From: Spirochaetia bacterium | Lineage (GTDB): Bacteria; Spirochaetota; Spirochaetia; CADAEX01 | NCBI GenBank assembly: GCA_963662795.1 | Contig: OY759746.1 | Coordinates: forward strand, 3,424,001-3,488,000 | Direction: 5' to 3' | Length of the DNA: 64,000 nt | Shown here: in pieces, positions 63,101 through 64,000 of the stretch | How the letters are laid out: each line of letters starts with the position of its first letter | Numbering within the stretch: position 1 is the first letter of the stretch | Notes under the pieces: generated by a model | What the model saw: the letters and a program-made list of their open reading frames with translations, nothing else | The model's database searches: none | Told to the model about the DNA's origin: nothing | Translations under genes and position numbers: made by a program

Positions 63101-64000
63101 GCGGTATAAAGTCCGGCAAGAGTTAATATGCCGCCTTCAGGTGTTTGTGCATTTAGATTAAAGGAATAGCTTCTGTAATTGTTGTATGAAACCTTTATCC
63201 GGACTGATTCAAGGGATTTGGTTCCCCAGGAAAGGTCTGCATCTGCAATTACGCTGTTACCGGAAACGGCAGTGAAAAATACGCTGCCGGTCAATCTGCC
63301 CTTGTTTGTATATTGTATATTCTGAAACTGTATTTTCCCTTCAGGCAGCAGTGATTTGATGTCGATCTTTCCGGTATATTGAATATTGCCTTTATCTGAA
63401 TAAATATTTAAACTGTTAAAATCAATATCTTTTTCATTTCCTGAAAACATAGCTGTAAATTCGTTTTTAAAAGGGAGAATATTCCTGTCCAAAGAAGTTG
63501 AGACCAAGCCGCTGTATTTTAATTTATTTTCCTGATTATCAGGAGCCCATGAAACGTTTATTTTCCCTGTGTATGATGATTTTGTTAAATATGAGATGTA
63601 TGAATTATCAGAAAGCAGGATATATCTGCCGGGAAAATAATTTTCAAAGGTTGCAGAACCGGAATATATATTGTTTATTTTGTCATATGCCAGTTCAATA
63701 TCAACAGGAGCTCTGTCTTTAACCTTCCTGATCTGAAAATTTCCATTTTGATACTGAATATTTAAATGCTGTTTTTTAAGTTGAAAATATCTGGTTTTCA
63801 GATTGCTTATCTGCAGATTATAATCATGTTTACCATAAATATTATCAATAATTCCATCAATTTTAATATCTGATGTAATTTCACTGTCCTGATCAAATGG
63901 TAATCCTTTAACAGTGATACTGGATTTCATATTGAATTCTGTAGAACCTTTATTGACAGAAAAGTCAATAAATATCCTGTTAAGTGTATAGCTTCCATTT
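60160..64000 (-). CDS. tamB: TamB/AsmA-like (DUF490) translocation and assembly protein, 5' truncated by window
   Basis: Long beta-rich ORF with C-terminal FDPRITARAE, FESTPPL..DIYTLLG, MGKYF and WRFSY; frame open to the window end; directly upstream of bamA. Confidence 0.8.
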   Translation of the reverse strand, partial: NGSYTLNRIFIDFSVNKGSTEFNMKSSITVKGLPFDQDSEITSDIKIDGIIDNIYGKHDYNLQISNLKTRYFQLKKQHLNIQYQNGNFQIRKVKDRAPVDIELAYDKINNIYSGSATFENYFPGRYILLSDNSYISYLTKSSYTGKINVSWAPDNQENKLKYSGLVSTSLDRNILPFKNEFTAMFSGNEKDIDFNSLNIYSDKGNIQYTGKIDIKSLLPEGKIQFQNIQYTNKGRLTGSVFFTAVSGNSVIADADLSWGTKSLESVRIKVSYNNYRSYSFNLNAQTPEGGILTLAGLYTARGKTGLESEIKLDNFGFDYILEFIYPDSEISKKLYSSHNFLIDGSIKASTDFNGFNLSSDNIRFSNLNAKEEYFSAVLYANEKNISISELLLNYKNHTGAGYININMVYGSQFDLNSQFIINNQIYNFKGNIFPGAGVIISGNYGFYLTFFADKDKTIISLFSENLPVPLTGMTPELSLRVSGQVDKSGIYKIIMRSNRIDEIINPFASGKEKSVIIFSSLINGNNLRLNRLSYKDNYSTLTGGGDFFVKNLTTWYGWTTLSGASGKEKYHSWLSSENNRLNFSLNLTDAILQRFTSKNISGRISGTAEYIKTEMNPSLFTNLKVTDGLWEEYPFSINLQFEADNSKIDIKNIDLKYNFNTIDSGSGYIDWANSSYLFKSGINIQKSFSSESVIGNLTIKGELNENKPQRKMFEIPLSEIKSGNITLSEIKNKLLGYDFWSLDFSNTENLFTVTGGPGNSISAYFYDNGEFNITLQKPLPLNGYLHGNIGGGNISAAFDDITIQLNAVGTLLNNPFFNPYDGTASGSLYITGKFNDPDIWGNLYAGSAIARSAITPETIGPFSTVIKFEGKQFYIPETLIQIQNEQIYLAIDFVIDHWLPREYLLKARTAPGSSLWIKNTFSAVDVDGYGSGQVEIEGRRRQTKITGKVAASRCIITLTDKKVKIDKKESRSNFIVDLDIVSGTGVEFFWPSVRVPVLRTFAAAGQKLKIKSNKSAGTFEMTGNIKILGGEIFYFSQNFFLKEGAISFDENQDEFDPRITARAEIRERTTDNKEVKIALILDDNPLSNFSPRFESTPPLNENDIYTLLGQGIYSQFGGENITFGSALLGAGTSGTQLMGLLRPFENQMRNMLNLDLFFIRTQFIENALLNDVLTEKNTTEVAQSGFNSYFNNTSIFMGKYFGEYFFLEGLLRFNSLDFDTYEYNYYDVPDFMGLYLETELSLEVDTPLFLLDITLYPRINDFYESLVDTSLQLSWRFSY

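Noticed and set aside
914-63722. Numerous 60-180 aa antisense or out-of-frame ORFs (e.g. 914..1447, 12716..13180, 44862..45329, 50770..51192, 54859..55314)
   Set aside because: They lie wholly or largely over conserved genes and show no recognisable motifs; they are shadow ORFs.
1-64000. tRNA, rRNA, CRISPR arrays, IS elements, prophage or replication origin
   Set aside because: Intergenic gaps are mostly under 200 bp. I saw no cloverleaf, repeat-spacer pattern, transposase, integrase or DnaA-box cluster by eye; tRNAscan or Infernal would be needed to exclude small RNAs.

Overview
Gene-dense, AT-rich housekeeping region of a spirochaete chromosome (probably Spirochaetales). The assignment rests on gene order and protein architecture: murG-cvpA-holB-kinase-sigma54 activator; recA...scpAB-rluB-cmk-rpsA; an ~895-aa GreA; and a long tamB-bamA-skp-mutS-comF-rimP-nusA-infB-rbfA-truB-ribF-rpsO-pnp-lptFG-tgt-murJ block. 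I saw no rRNA, tRNA, CRISPR, IS or prophage. The best non-obvious signal is a consensus sigma54 (-24/-12) promoter, TGGCAC-N5-TTGCA at 10817-10832, with candidate enhancer half-sites. It lies directly upstream of a sigma70-family factor that lacks region 1.1, and the window also encodes two sigma54 activators: one Rrp2/NtrC-like with a cognate PAS kinase, and one sensor-less and coupled to rpsA. Together these suggest a sigma54-to-alternative-sigma cascade like the Borrelia Rrp2-RpoN-RpoS pathway. Other oddities are a RadC-like JAB domain fused to a DinG helicase, a heavily degenerate DapF-like protein beside lysC, a CHASE2 adenylate cyclase with a structured leader, NusA with an acidic zinc-ribbon tail, and RibF lacking recognisable kinase motifs. 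All calls come from motif recognition by eye; no searches were run.
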